A DNA stretch of 64,000 nucleotides from Eledone cirrhosa (Eukaryota): the NCBI GenBank assembly GCA_964016885.1, contig OZ024743.1, positions 235,848,001 through 235,912,000 on the forward strand. Reading direction: 5' to 3'. The notes beneath the pieces are model-generated. The model saw only the letters and a program-made list of their open reading frames with translations. It was not told the DNA's origin and ran no database searches. The position numbers were made by a program, and so were the translations under genes. Positions 39,081-52,761 of the stretch are shown one piece after another. Within the stretch, counting starts at the first letter, position 1, and every line of letters begins with the position of its first letter.

Positions 39081-39151
39081 TATATATATATACATACATA
39101 TATATATATATACATACATATATATATACATATATATATATATATACATAC

Positions 39152-39182
<31 letters not shown>

Positions 39183-39188
39183 CATACA

Positions 39189-39238
<50 letters not shown>

Positions 39239-39244
39239 CATACA

Positions 39245-39296
<52 letters not shown>

Positions 39297-39321
39297 CATA
39301 CATATATATATATATACATAC

Positions 39322-39352
<31 letters not shown>

Positions 39353-39357
39353 CATAC

Positions 39358-39408
<51 letters not shown>

Positions 39409-39452
39409 CATATATATATACATACATATATATATACATATATATATATATA

Positions 39453-39488
<36 letters not shown>

Positions 39489-39980
39489 TACATACATATA
39501 TATATATATACATACATATATATATACATACATATATATATACATACATATATATATATATACATACATATATATATATACATACATATATATATATACA
39601 TATATATATATATACATACATATATATATATATACATACATATATATATATACATACATATATATATAGACATACATATATATATATATTACATATATAT
39701 ATATATATACATACATACATACATACATATATATATATATATACATACATATATATATACATACATACATACATATATACATACATACATATATACATAC
39801 ATATATATATATATACATACATATATATATATACATACATATATATATATATACATACATATATATATACATACATATATATATATATATACATACATAT
39901 ATATATATATATACATCATATATATATATATATACATACATATATATATATATACATACATATATATATATATATACATC

Positions 39981-40011
<31 letters not shown>

Positions 40012-40023
40012 CATACATATATA
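39081..40023. repeat. (TA)n/(TACA)n array
   Basis: Visible. Confidence 0.97.
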
Positions 40024-42609
40024 TCATCATCATCATCAACGTTTAACGTCCGTGTTCCACGCTTGCATGGGTTTGGACGGGGGTAGTCCCACTTGAGGCA
40101 AGAGTGATTGTCTTGCTCGCATAAGACTGTCTGGCAGGTTTTCTACAGTTGGATGCCCTTCCTAACACCAACCACATTTACAGTGTGGGTCTGGGAGGTT
40201 TTTACCGTGTTGCCTACACGGACACATTACAGCGTGGACTGTGTGTTTTTTTGTCGTGACACCTACACGATCTCATTTGTTTCGGCCTGGATGGCGTGGC
40301 ACCGACATAACTTTACATAGAAGGGGGTGGTGTGGATGGGGTGGGGGTGGTGGGACGGGGTGTATTTTATTAGAGATGCCTACTGGCTGTAGTAGGTTTT
40401 ACTATGTATTTAGGTAAGGCGGGTCTTCTCTGTTACTGAGTACCGCCAAAGGTCTCGGTCCAGTGACATTGTCTTGGAGAGGTGTAAGTGTGTGAGGTCG
40501 GAGTTTATCAGCTCGTCCCAGGTTTTTCTAGGTCTGCCTATTCCGTGGCTACCGTCTATCTTTATTGCCCTGCACTTTGTTATACAGCTATCGACTTTCA
40601 TGCGCATCACGTGTCCATACCAACGTAGCCTTCTCTCGAGTAAACCATATCTGATCCCTCTTATTTCTAATTTTTTCCTTAGTTCGTTTATGCTTTGCCG
40701 TTCACGTATATTACTGTTACACATCCAGCGGAGCATGCAAGCTTCGTTCCTCTCTAGTCTGCGTATATCCTCTGCACACAATGCCCAGGTCTCACTGCCA
40801 TGCAACATTGCTGTTCGTATGCAGGCATCGTACAACCTGCCTTTCATTTTTAGGGAGAACCCTTTAGCAGCTAATAGTGGTATAAGCTCTCTGAACTTTT
40901 TCCAACCAGTTCTGACTCTAGCTACTGTACTTTCAGAGCACCCTCCCCCACTGCTGATTTTATCGCCCAGGTAACGGAAGCTGTCCACTATTTCTATAGA
41001 ACCCTCTGCGCAATTGAATGAGCTAGTATTTTGTGAGCACTTGCTGCTACTTATTACACCAGAGCACCGGCCACATGTAAAATCTATGTTCTTAGTTAGC
41101 TTACCTGTGATCCCACTACATTTTTATGCACCCATACTTTGCATTTAGGACATAAAATGGAGTTTCTACCTACGCCTTTCCTACACACCGAGCATGACCA
41201 TTTCCCAGAAGGGACCGCCGCCTTATTTTCTTTCCTACAAACTAGAACTTTAGTCTTAGCCAGGTTAATTTTAAGTCCTTTTGATTCTAGGCCGTGCTTC
41301 CATGTTTGGAATTTCTTCTCTAGCTCGGCCATTGATTCCGCTATGAGTGTTAGGTCGTCTGCGTATAGGAGTTCCCATGGGCAGCCGGTCTTGAACTCCT
41401 CTGTTATAGCCTGAAGGGCAATAATAAATAGTAGGGGGCTGAGAACAGAGCCCTGATGGACGCCAACTTTTACGCTAAACTCTTCACTATATTCGTTGTT
41501 AATTCTAACCTTGCTGACTGTTTCTTTATATATGGCTTGTATAGCTCTCACAAGACATTCGTCAACGCCTAGTTTTCTAAGAGCCCACCAGATAATGGAG
41601 TGGGGGGACTCTGTCGAAGGCTTTCTCCAAGTCGACAAAAGCTAAGTAGAGGGGTTTACCTTTAGCTAGGTACTTCTCCTGTAGTTGTCGTACAATGAAA
41701 AGAGCGTCTGTGGTACTTTTGCCTGACACAAACCCGAACTGCATTTCATCTAGGTCAATTCTCTCTCTGATTAGTTGCGCTATTACTTTTTCCGTGACCT
41801 TCATGACCTGGTCGATTAATTTAATGCCTCTATAGTTACTCCTATCTAGGGCATCTCCTTTACCCTTATAACAGTTAACGATGATGCTGCTATGCCAGTC
41901 CTTCGGAACAACCCCATTCTGTACGACTTGGTTAACTATGCGGGTGACCATGGTGTGTCCCACCGTGCCAGATGCCTTCAGCATCTCAGCAACTATTTCC
42001 GAAGGCCCAGCCGCCTTACCCGTCTTCATATCCTTGATTGCCTTACTTATTATACTCCCCTCGACTAACACTGCTGGTCCCTCTATTGGGTCGATATGGG
42101 GGAGACTGTCTTTCTCCCATTTATTCTCCTCATTTAGTAGCCTTTCATAGTGACACTTCCAAGCTACCTTCTTATCAGTGTCGGTGATGGCAAGTATGCC
42201 ATCATCGTTAAGTACACACTTCTCCCCGACAATATCACGGTTTTCCTTGCCGCATTGCCTAGCAATCTTGAACACCTCACGTTTTTGGTCATCGCGTTGT
42301 AGAACATGCTTGAACTTTCTTTCCTCAGCTTCCCTTCTTGCTAAGTACACTTCTCTCCTAGCTTCCCCCCTGGCCACTTGATAGTCTACTCTACTTCCCC
42401 CATCCCGCCATACTTTCCAAGCCTGCTTTTTGGCCTTAATTGACCCCTCCACCTTACTGTTCCACCACCATGTTACTCTCCTCCTGCCTACAGGCCTGCT
42501 CCAGCCACAGACTTCGTCTGTCGCCAACAGCAGGTTTGCTTTCAGAAATTCCCACTGTCCCTCTATATTGTCCGACTCTAGATGCTCTTCCTTACTGTCG
42601 AAAGCATCA
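40024..42609 (-). mobile_element. RTE LINE family B, 5'-truncated, RT with frameshifts
   Basis: ORF pieces 41577-42609, 41096-41638 (YADD) and 40410-40988; UTR and (CAT)n tail. Confidence 0.95.
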
Positions 42610-42702
42610 AGAGATGGGGTTATGTTAGCCATCCGCGGACGAAACAAAGAGGAGTGCTCGCATTCTCGTCCACGAGGTGAATTTGACTTTAACTTTGGCA
42701 TT

Positions 42703-42790
<88 letters not shown>

Positions 42791-42815
42791 ACATACATAT
42801 ATATATACATATATA

Positions 42816-44041
42816 TCATCATCATCATCATCATCATCAACGTTTAACGTCCGTGTTCCACGCTTGCATGGGTTTGGACGGGGGTAGTCCCACTTGAGGC
42901 AAGAGTGATTGTCTTGCTCGCATAGGACTGTCTGGCAGGTTTTCTACAGTTGGATGCCCTTCCTAACACCAACCACATTTACAGTGTGGGTCTGGGAGGT
43001 TTTTACCGTGTTGCCTACACGGCCACATTACAGCGTGGACTGTGTGTTTTTTTGTCGTGACACCTACACGATCTCATTTGTTTCGGCCCGGATGGCGCGG
43101 CACCAACATAACTTTACATAGGACGGGGTGGTGTGGATGGGGTGGGGGTGGTGGTGGTGGGACGGGGTGTATTTTGTTAGAGATGCCTACTGGCAAGGCG
43201 GGTCTTCTCTGTTACTGAGTACCGCCAAAGGTCTCGGTCCAGTGACATTGTCTTGGAGAGGTGTAAGTGTGTGAGGTCGGAGTTTATCAGCTCGTCCCAG
43301 GTTTTTCTAGGTCTGCCTATTCCGTGGCTACCGTCTATCTTTATTGCCCTGCACTTTGTTATACAGCTATCGACTTTCATGCGCATCACGTGTCCATACC
43401 AACGTAGCCTTCTCTCGAGTAAACAACATCTGATCCCTCTTATCTCTAATTTTTTCCTTAGTTCGTTTATGCTTTGCCGTTCACGTATATTACTGTTACA
43501 CATCCAGCGGAGCATGCAAGCTTCGTTCCTCTCTAGTCTGCGTATATCCTCTGCACACAATGCCCAGGTCTCACTGCCATGCAACATTGCTGTTCGTATG
43601 CAGGCATCGTACAACCTGCCTTTCATTTTTAGGGAGAACCCTTTAGCAGCTAATAGTGGTATAAGCTCTCTGAACTTTTTCCAACCAGTTCTGACTCTAG
43701 CTACAGTACTTTCAGAGCACCCTCCCCCACTGCTGATTTTATCGCCCAGGTAACGGAAGCTGTCCACTATTTCTATAGAACCCTCTGCGCAATTGAAAGA
43801 GCTAGTATTGTGTGGGCACTTGCTGCTACTTATTGCACCAGAACACCGGCCACATGTAAAATCTATGTTCTTAGTTAGCTTACCTGTGATCCCACTACAT
43901 CTTTTATGCACCCATACTTTGCATTTAGGACACAAAATGGAGTTTCTACCTACGCCTTTCCTACACACCGAGCACGACCATTTCCCAGAAGGGACCGCCG
44001 CCTTGTTTTCTTTCCTACAAACTAGAACTTTGGTCTTAGCC
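42816..44041 (-). mobile_element. RTE LINE family B, 5'-truncated
   Basis: AKTKVLV...PHD-like finger...FRYLG...RRLRWYGH; small deletion at the stop codon; (CAT)n tail. Confidence 0.95.
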
Positions 44042-44042
44042 T

Positions 44043-44372
44043 TATATATATATATATATATACATACATATATATATACATACATATATATATACATACA
44101 TATATATATATACATACATATATATATACATACATATATATATACATACATATATATATACATACATATATATATACATACATATATATATACATACATA
44201 TATATATATATATACATACATATATATATATACATACATACATACATATATATATATACATACATACATACATATATATATATATACATACATATATATA
44301 TATATACATACATATATATATATACATACATATATATATATACATACATATATATATATACATACATATATA
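44043..44372. repeat. (TA)n/(TACA)n array
   Basis: Visible; abuts the 3' end of the element at 44373. Confidence 0.95.
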
Positions 44373-44929
44373 TGGTGGCTGCCAACTCGTTTTCGAGTAC
44401 GGCCACTACTTTATATCCATATAGGAGAACCCCTACCGATGCGCCGAACGGGTGTGACTTTTTAGTCCAGCCAGCGACTTGAAAACTCTGGAACAAACAC
44501 TACACTTGTGACAATTATTGACACATAGTGCTGGGCCCATGGTACCATGTGACGACAAGTGCAGAGAGATCTCCAGATATAAAGCAATGCCTGTGCCGTG
44601 AAGCTTTTATAGTGAGCAAAGGCACTGCACAAAGCCAGTCCCACTCTCTTAACCAAGATGATATTTACCAAAAAGAAGAACAAGTCAACATCATTGGATA
44701 CCATCAGAGTCGCAGGTGTTATATCAGAGTTTTCCTTCTCCTAGAATTCTGCCTTGACAAAGGCTAAGGGGTCATCTCTCCCGGTGATTTTGGATGGCCA
44801 TTGACTCTTAAGAGCTCCTTTGCCCTTTGACAGGTTTTGTTTTTAGTCCTGCAGGATGTCCAAAGTCACCCTCCTCACCAAGAAACCTTGGTGGGGTTGC
44901 CAGTTTAGTCGCCAACGACCCGACCATGA
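44373..44929 (-). mobile_element. Bipartite RTE-derived non-autonomous retroelement, copy 1
   Basis: RTE 5'-UTR-like motif CTAGGAGAAGGAAAACTCTGA, a C2H2-coding 3' part, a terminal hairpin CTCGAAAACGAG and a TA/TATG tail; second copy at 55171. Confidence 0.75.
44433..44540 (-). CDS. 35-aa C2H2 zinc-finger micro-ORF (RTE C-terminus-derived; translation unproven)
   Basis: [35 protein letters not shown], with start context ACCATGG. Confidence 0.35.
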   Translation of the reverse strand: MGPALCVNNCHKCSVCSRVFKSLAGLKSHTRSAHR

Positions 44930-44985
44930 TACATATATATATATACATACATACATATACATACATACATACATACATATATATG

Positions 44986-45378
44986 TGAAGGAACATGGGT
45001 TAGTGGTTAGAGCATTGGGCTTGCAATCGAAAGGTTGTGAGTTCAATTCTCTGACCGGGTGGTGTGTTGTTTCCTTGAGCAAGACACTTTATTTCACATT
45101 GCTCCAGCTTACTCAGCTGTAGAAATGAGATGATAGGGACAGGGGTCCCTATCATTCCACTGCAAATTGGTCGTGGAGGTGCCTCGGCAAAAAAGCACTC
45201 AGCACTCACTGTAAATGACGTTGGTGTTAGGAAGGGCATCCAGCTGTAGAAATGAAGCCAGAATCAGTCCTCGTATGAGCAAGAGAAGGTCAGCTGACCG
45301 GACACTGCCCACAATAGGACAACCCGTCTAACCCATGCTAGCTTGGAAGAATGGACGTAAAATGATGATGATGATGAT
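44986..45378 (+). mobile_element. Full-length CORE-like SINE with RTE family C terminus
   Basis: Same head and body as 3466; the 3' end matches 48630-48810. Confidence 0.9.
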
Positions 45379-45402
45379 TTATATATATATATATATATAT
45401 AT

Positions 45403-48400
45403 CCAACTCTGAATCAATAGATGAAATATGAATCTGCGAGCTACCAAGCACTGATGTGAAGCGCCAATCCAGAGACCCTTCCCTACGAGTGTCGACAAAT
45501 GCCCAAAACTCCGAGTTGGTACCATCAATGTAGGCTCAATGAAAGGAAGAGCGGGAGAAATCGTAGAAATAATAGAGCGAAAGGAAATTGATGTATGCTG
45601 TGTGCAAGAGACTAGATGGAGAGGAGAGTCTGCCAGAGTCCTTGTCGGAAAAAGTCGGTGCTACAAATTTTTCTGGGTGGGAAATGACGATGGGATGGGT
45701 GGTGTAGGTATACTACTAGCTGACAAGTGGGTAGATAAAGTAATCTCAGTGTACAGGGTAAATGCAAGAATCATTAAACTCAGACTAGTCCTGAATAAAA
45801 CAATTACCACAATAATATCAGCTTACGCACCCCAATCGGGGCTGCCAGACGAACTTAAGGATAGGTTTTACGAGTCCCTAATGCACACTACTGCTCTAAC
45901 AGACGACAACGACTTCCTAATCATCGCAGGAGATTTTAACGGACACGTAGGTAAACACTGCGACGGCTTCAATAGAGTACATGGAGGCCATGGGGTTGGC
46001 ACAAGAAATGAGGAAGGATTCAGACTTCTAGAATTCTGCGACGCCAATGACATGTCGATATGTAACACAAACTTTAAAAAACCCGACAACCACCTGATCA
46101 CCTATAGATCAGGGGAGCACTCTAGTCAGATAGATTTTATCCTCATCAGAGGATGAGGCAGATGGACGGTTGTAAACACAAAAGCCTTCCCTAGTGAGGA
46201 ATGTACATCCAAACACAGCTTAGTTGTCAGCGACCTCACGGTCAGAACTAGACGAACCTGGAAACAGAGGCCAACCTGGAGAAGAAAGATCTGGAAGCTG
46301 AAAGACCCCTCAACCAGTAACTGATTTAAAGATATTTTACTCAATGCCTACGACAGTAAAGAAGAACAGATAGAGACATTCAATGTAGAAGAGTTCCTAA
46401 AAAATAATTTACTAGAGGCGACGGATGAGGTCTGTGGCTGGAGTAAGACCTCAAGCAGGAGGAGAGTGACTTGGTGGTGGAACAATAAGGTAGATGAAGC
46501 AGTTAAGGCCAAGAGACAGGCATTGAAAGAATGGAAGAACGGGGGGAGCAGGGTACATTACATAGAGACCAAGAGGGAAGCTAGGCGACAAGTATACTTA
46601 GCTAGGAGGGAAGCAGAGGATAGAAAATTCAAGCATGTTTTGCAACGTGAGGACCAGAAACAGGAGGTGTTCAAGATTGCGAGGCAGTGTGTCAGAGATA
46701 GTTGTGATGTCATTGGAGAGAAGTGTATCCGGAATGATAAAGGTGAGCTTGCCCTCACAAGTGCTGAGAAGAAAGATGCATGGAAGAGTCATTATGATAG
46801 ATTACTAAATGAGGAGAATGCATGGGAAGAAGAGACCCTACGCCAAGTAGACCCTATAGAGGGGCCAGCAGTACAAGTCAGCAGCAACGTAGTAAGTAAG
46901 GTAATCAAAGATATGAAGATGGGGAAGACAACCAGTCCATCGGGTATAGCTGCCGAGATGCTGAAGGCATCAGGGTCTGTAGGTCACACTATAACCACAC
47001 GTATTGTTAACCAGGTAATACTAGGTGTCATACCAAAAGATTGGTGCAGTAGCATCATTGTCAACTGCTACAAAGGTAAAGGTGATGCACTAGATAGAGG
47101 AAACTATAGAGGTATAAAGTTGATGGACCAGGTCATGAAAGTAACAGAAAGAGTTATAGCACAGTTGATTAGGGACCGGGTGAAAATAGACGAGATGCAA
47201 TTTGGGTTTGTACCAGGAAGAGGCACCACTGATGCCCTCTTCCTTGTGAGGCAGTTACAGGAAAAGTACCTAGCTAAAAGTAAGCCACTCTACTTGGCAT
47301 TTGTCGACCTTGAGAAAGCCTTTGACAGAGTTCCACGTGCTGTAATCTGGTGGGCTCTTAGAAAACTAGGAGTAGATGACTGGCTTGTGAAAGCGGTACA
47401 AACCATGTATAGGGGAGCAGTCAGCAAAGTTAGGATTAGCAATGACTATAGCGAGGAATTTAGTGTACAGGTTGGGGTCCACCAGGGCTCTGTTCTTAGC
47501 CCCCTCCTGTTCATCATAGTCCTGCAGGCAATAACGGAGGAGTTTAAGACCGGATGCCCATGGGGACTCATGTATGCTGAATCTATGGTAGAACTAGAGA
47601 ATAAATTCCAAACTTGGAAGCAGGGACTAGAAAGAAAGGGCCTCAAAGTCAACATGACAAAGACTAAGGTCCTTGTAAGTAGACGAGAAAACAGAACCCA
47701 GATCCCCTCAGGGAAATGGCCTTGCTCAGTATGTAGGAAAGGTGTAGGTAGGAACTCCATTCTCTGCCCCAAATGCAAACAATGGGTACACAAGAGATGT
47801 AGCGGGATCTCAGGAAGCTTAATTAAGAATGTAGGCTTCACATGCAGCAGCTGTGCTGGGACACAAAGCAGCAAACAGCCACAGGAAACAACTACCACCA
47901 ATCTCTGGGAGGGCTCTGTAGAAACAGTAGACAGCTTCTGCTACCTAGGTGACCGAATTAGCAGCGGAGGTGGGTGTTCAGAAAGTACAATAACTAGGGT
48001 AAGAACGGGATGGAAGAAGTTTAGGGAACTACTACCACTGCTAGCTGCAAAAGGCTTCTCCCTCAGAATGAAAGGCAGACTGTATGATGCGTGTATCCGA
48101 ACAGCGATGTTGCATGGTAGTGAGACCTGGGCGCTGAAGGTGGAAAACTTACGTAGATTAGAGAGAAACGAAGCCTGCATGCTCCGATGGATGTGTAACA
48201 GTAATATACGTGAACGACAAATGAATTGAGAGAGAGACTGAGCATAAGAGGAATCGAATGCTGTGTGCAGGAGAGGCGGTTGTGCTGGTATGGACATGTG
48301 ATGCGTATGAAGGATGACAGTTGCATAAAAAGGTGCAGAGCACTAGAAGTCGATGGAAACCGCGGAGTGGGGAAACCCAAGATGACCTGGGATGAGGTGA

Positions 48401-48810
48401 TAAAAGCCGACCTTACCCAATTACACCTCTCAAAGGCAATGACACATGACCATGACCTCTGGCGTCACGCAGTAATACAGAGTACCCGACCTCCCATGGG
48501 TATAAGCTGAAGCATATAGACAATATGCCCCGGCACCCCCCACCACAAGGTGGTCGTGGAGGTGCCACGGCAAAAAAGCACCCAGCCCACACTGTAAAGT
48601 GGACGTGTAGGCGCCACGAAAAAGCACCCAGCACTCACTGTAAATGAGGTTGGTGTTAGGAAGGGCATCCAGCTGTAGAAATCAAGCCAAATCAGCTCCT
48701 GTATGAGCAAGGCATGGTCAGCCGACCAGACACTGCCCACAACAGGACAATCCGTCTAACCCATGCTAGCGTGGAAGAACGGACGTAAAACGATGATGAT
48801 GATGATGATA
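45403..48810 (+). mobile_element. RTE LINE family C, near full-length, inactivated
   Basis: EN motifs GTINVGSM, VQETRW, SAYAPQ, GDFNGH, SQIDFI; RT at 46466-48229 with the DD motif deleted (MYA-ESM); stops; UTR and (GAT)n tail. Confidence 0.95.
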
Positions 48811-48832
48811 TATATATATATATATATATATA

Positions 48833-49003
48833 TCTGGCGTCACGTAGTAATACAGAAGACCCGACTTCCAGCTGTAGAAATCAAGCCAGAATCAGTTCCC
48901 GTATGAGCAAGACATAGTCAGCCAACCGGCTACTGCCCACAACAGGACAACCCGTCTAATCCATGCTAGTATGGAAGAACGGACGTAAAATGATGATGAT
49001 GAT
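48833..49003 (+). mobile_element. Internally deleted RTE family C 3' end
   Basis: Joins the equivalent of about 48458-48496 to about 48667-48805. Confidence 0.8.
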
Positions 49004-49664
49004 ATATACAAAGTATTTCCGTAGGAATGGTAAAAAAAAAATTTTAAAAAGAAGGCACTCTCCTTTCCTTTACTCTGCCTACGGAAATACTTCATGTAAA
49101 CAGTTCCCACCGAGAATGATCGAAGCAAATTCTACATCTTACATATGTGATTGGCATCTTCCAGCTCGACAAGTTGCGCACTCTACGGTTATAGGAAATT
49201 AAAATAATTAAATATATATATATATAGATAGCAATCATCTCTGAAGCTGGAGCAGTCTTTTGGTGATTCCTCTAATTCCACCACCATCAATACAGTACGC
49301 CAGCATGGCAAGACAAAGACACCATCTAACCCCAAGGCATTGACAACATTATAGCACAGGACATATACATTGGTGCCCTGCTAGAAGATTACTTCAAAAT
49401 GAAATAGTTTCGGGGCTCATTCCATTTGCACAGTATTTTAGTGTATTTTACTGAACTCAAGTTGACTAATGCCCTCAGAGTGGAATTTCAGAACAATCTT
49501 GTATAAATATATATCATCATCATCATAGTCATTGTCATTTTATGTCTGTTTTTCCATAGCTTGCATGGGTTGAATGGAATTTGAATAATATTTCTGTTGG
49601 TGAGAGATTGAGGGGGAGAGATAGAGAGAGAAGAGGCAGCAATGTTTTGACAGAAAGCACTTCA

Positions 49665-49838
49665 TTATTTTTAAGGGTCGGACACCATGCTTTCCAGCAT
49701 AGTTACGTCCCTTTACAATCTGAGTTCAAATCCCGCCGAGGTTGACTTTGCCTTTCATCCTTACGAGGTCGATAAAATAAAGTACCAGTAATGCACTGGG
49801 TAATTGCTGGCCTTGTGCCTAAAGTAGAAACAATTATT
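49665..49838 (+). mobile_element. Second SINE class (MetaSINE/Sauria-like central domain)
   Basis: B box GAGTTCAAATCCC followed by GACTTTGCCTTTCATCCTT.CG.GGTCGATAAAATAAAGTACCAG. The family name is from memory and unverified. Confidence 0.75.
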
Positions 49839-49970
49839 TTTAAGTAGAGAAAGTTTGACAAGATTATCAACTTGGAAGTCCTTCCTTTAAGCTTAATCTG
49901 AAAATTTAAATCACTCAAAAAATACTGTATATATATATATATGTGTGTGTGTGTGCGTGTGTGTTTGTAT

Positions 49971-50010
<40 letters not shown>

Positions 50011-50277
50011 ATGATGATAATAATAATAATAGGAGGAGGAGAACAACAACAATATTTAACTGAATCTGACATAGAATGTTGTGTTAAGCCTATAAAAATT
50101 GCTGAAGCTATAAAACAAAATTGCTTATTAACCGTTTCTCACAAATACTCCTCAAATATCGGTGATTATATTGTGTCGCGTGACACAGAATCTCAGGTGT
50201 ACAATGGTTTATTCTTATTAAGCTAGGCGGAAAAGACAGCCTCACACTGAGTTGTACAATGGTATATTACTGTTAAC

Positions 50278-50430
50278 GGCACAGAATTGGCAGAGACATT
50301 AGAAGATCGGATACAATGCTTTGTGATAGTTGTTCCAGCTCTCTGAGTTCAAATCCCGCCATAGTCAACTTCGTTTTTCATCCTTTTAAGGTAGATAATA
50401 TAAGTACCAGTCAAGTACTGGGGTCGATTA
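50278..50430 (+). mobile_element. SINE class 2 copy
   Basis: Same B box and central domain. Confidence 0.7.
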
Positions 50431-50704
50431 TTCTTCTCTATCTCATCATTTCCATTCTCTCACACTCTCTATCCTTCTCTTGAAGAAACCTGCTGTTTTC
50501 AAACCTGGAGAGTACTGGGCTCCTCCAGGTATAAAAATGACCTAGAAATGCTGTCAACATGGCACCCCTACGATACTTGCAGGAGGTTAACAGCTTCATC
50601 CTATTATGGGACATTTTGGTTTAATATTATTTACCAAATCTTGTATGTGAAACTGGCTGGTCAGAATCTACTGTACAAAAGTTTATTATTGCTAATCCAG
50701 TCCA

Positions 50705-51027
50705 TTCTGTAAAGTGGTAGTGCTGGTGACACAATAAAATACACCCAGTACACTCTGTAAAGTGAGTGTTGGTGCCACAATAAAATACACCCATTACACT
50801 CTGTAAAGTGATAGTGCTGGTGCCACAATAAAATACACCCAGTACACTCTGTAAAGTGAGAGTGTTGGTGCCACAATAAAATACATCCATTACACTCTGT
50901 AAAGTGATAGTGCTGGTGCCACAATAAAATACACCCAGTACACTCTGTAAAGTGATAGTGCTGGTGCCACAATAAAGTACACCCAGTACACTCTGTAAAG
51001 TGCTAGTGCTGGTGCCACAATAAAATG
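50705..51027. repeat. 48-bp tandem repeat (~6.5 units)
   Basis: CACAATAAAATACACCCAGTACACTCTGTAAAGTGATAGTGCTGGTGC. Confidence 0.92.
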
Positions 51028-51261
51028 AAGCCAGTCCAAACTTAAGCATTAGGAACCGTGCCAAAATGAAAGACATGACCAACACATAACCAAATTTAGT
51101 CTCAAAACACGACAACCTGTCACACTTACACCAACATGGAAAATGAATGAGAAATTATAATGATAAAAATATGAGAGAGAGACAGTCTTAAAAGACAAGA
51201 CAATTGTAGAGTTTTACCATAAACAGAAATTCCCAGAGCTTCAAATAAAACTTCACAGAAA

Positions 51262-51460
51262 CAATGGTTTCTTACATAGGCACAAAACCAGCAATTTTGG
51301 GGGAGGGGAAAGTCGATTAAATCGACCCCAGTGCGTGACTGGTACTTTATTTTATTGACCCCATAAGGATGAAAGGCAAAAATAACCTTGGCAAATGTAA
51401 AGGGCCGTAACACTATGCTGCAAAGCATGGTGTCCGACGCTCTACCAATTGCTGCCAATC
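51262..51460 (-). mobile_element. SINE class 2 copy
   Basis: CTGGTACTTTATTTTATTGACCCCATAAGGATGAAAGGCAAA. Confidence 0.7.
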
Positions 51461-52344
51461 AGTAGAAATAATGACATTTATTAAGAATGACCAGACAATA
51501 ATGAGCTGACATACAAACAATACCTGTTAACGAGACATGTAAATAATACCTGTTAATGAGATGTATTTAATTAATGATCACAGCTGATCCAGTTTCTGGT
51601 TCTTTTCTACAGAGATACAAAGACTTTGGTGTAAGAATGGATTAATGTTGTGTAAGAATGGTCTTCTGTGAATGGGCAGACATAAAGAATAGCAGTTACT
51701 GGGAACAAAATAATAGACACACTATATATAAACAGGGGGGGGTGGTGGTGAAAGAAAGACAAACAGACAGATGGACACAAAGACAAAGAATGAAAGAGAA
51801 AGAAAATAACAGAGACACTGAGATAGAGAAGACAAAAAGCAAAGAAAGAGAGAGAGAGAGAGAGACAGTCAGGGGAGAGAAAGAGAGAGAGACAGAGAAA
51901 GATAGAGAGAGACAGAGAAAGATAGAGAAAGACAGAGAAAGATAGAGAGAGAGAGAGACAAAGAAAGAGAGAGAGAGAGAGAGACATCTCTACACAATAA
52001 AACCATTCATTAAACAACTTGTTAATTAAATACCTACCATCATATATTTAATTATCAATAAAAAAGAATATTATGTCAAAGTATTTTTGGAGATCAGTTC
52101 AGCATCTTAATATGGTGGGTTCAATTCCCAAAGGTGAGCTGAAACCAGAGGATTACAAAGCTACATTCTTTACCACATACCAACATACCAATAATAGATT
52201 TATATTAATTGTATGTATGTGTGTGACAGCTCACAGCTATGTGTGTGTGTGACAGCTCACACCTATGTGTGTGACAGCTCACACCTATGCAGATTTAGCT
52301 GGCCTCCTCCAAGGTATATCTTGTTGGAGGTGTCTTGGGTAATT

Positions 52345-52517
52345 TAATGATAGGGACCCCAGCCCTATCATCTCATTTCTACAGCTAAGTAAACTGGAGC
52401 AACGTGAAATAAAGTCTCTTGCTCAAGGAAACAACACATCACCCGGTCTGAGAATTGAACTCACAACCTTTTGATTGCAAGCCCAATGCTCTAACCACAA
52501 AGCCATGCGCCTTCACA
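52345..52517 (-). mobile_element. CORE-like SINE, 5' part
   Basis: Reverse complement of about 3466-3635. Confidence 0.85.
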
Positions 52518-52726
52518 TATTAATTACCTCTGATTAATTATACAATATCGAGGAGAGAGAGAAGGAATGATGTCTTCAGATGTCTCAAGTTCTAAAGATA
52601 TTGGTTGGAACCAGAAGAAAACCAAATAAAAAAACTTCCTCATATCAAAGAAACACCAAACAATTATGGCTTCAATTTGACCAGACAGCAGGTTATACAC
52701 ATACATATATATATATACATACATAC

Positions 52727-52761
<35 letters not shown>

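Noticed and set aside
43177-44496. 439-aa chimeric ORF
   Set aside because: Chance read-through across a microsatellite into a truncated RTE.
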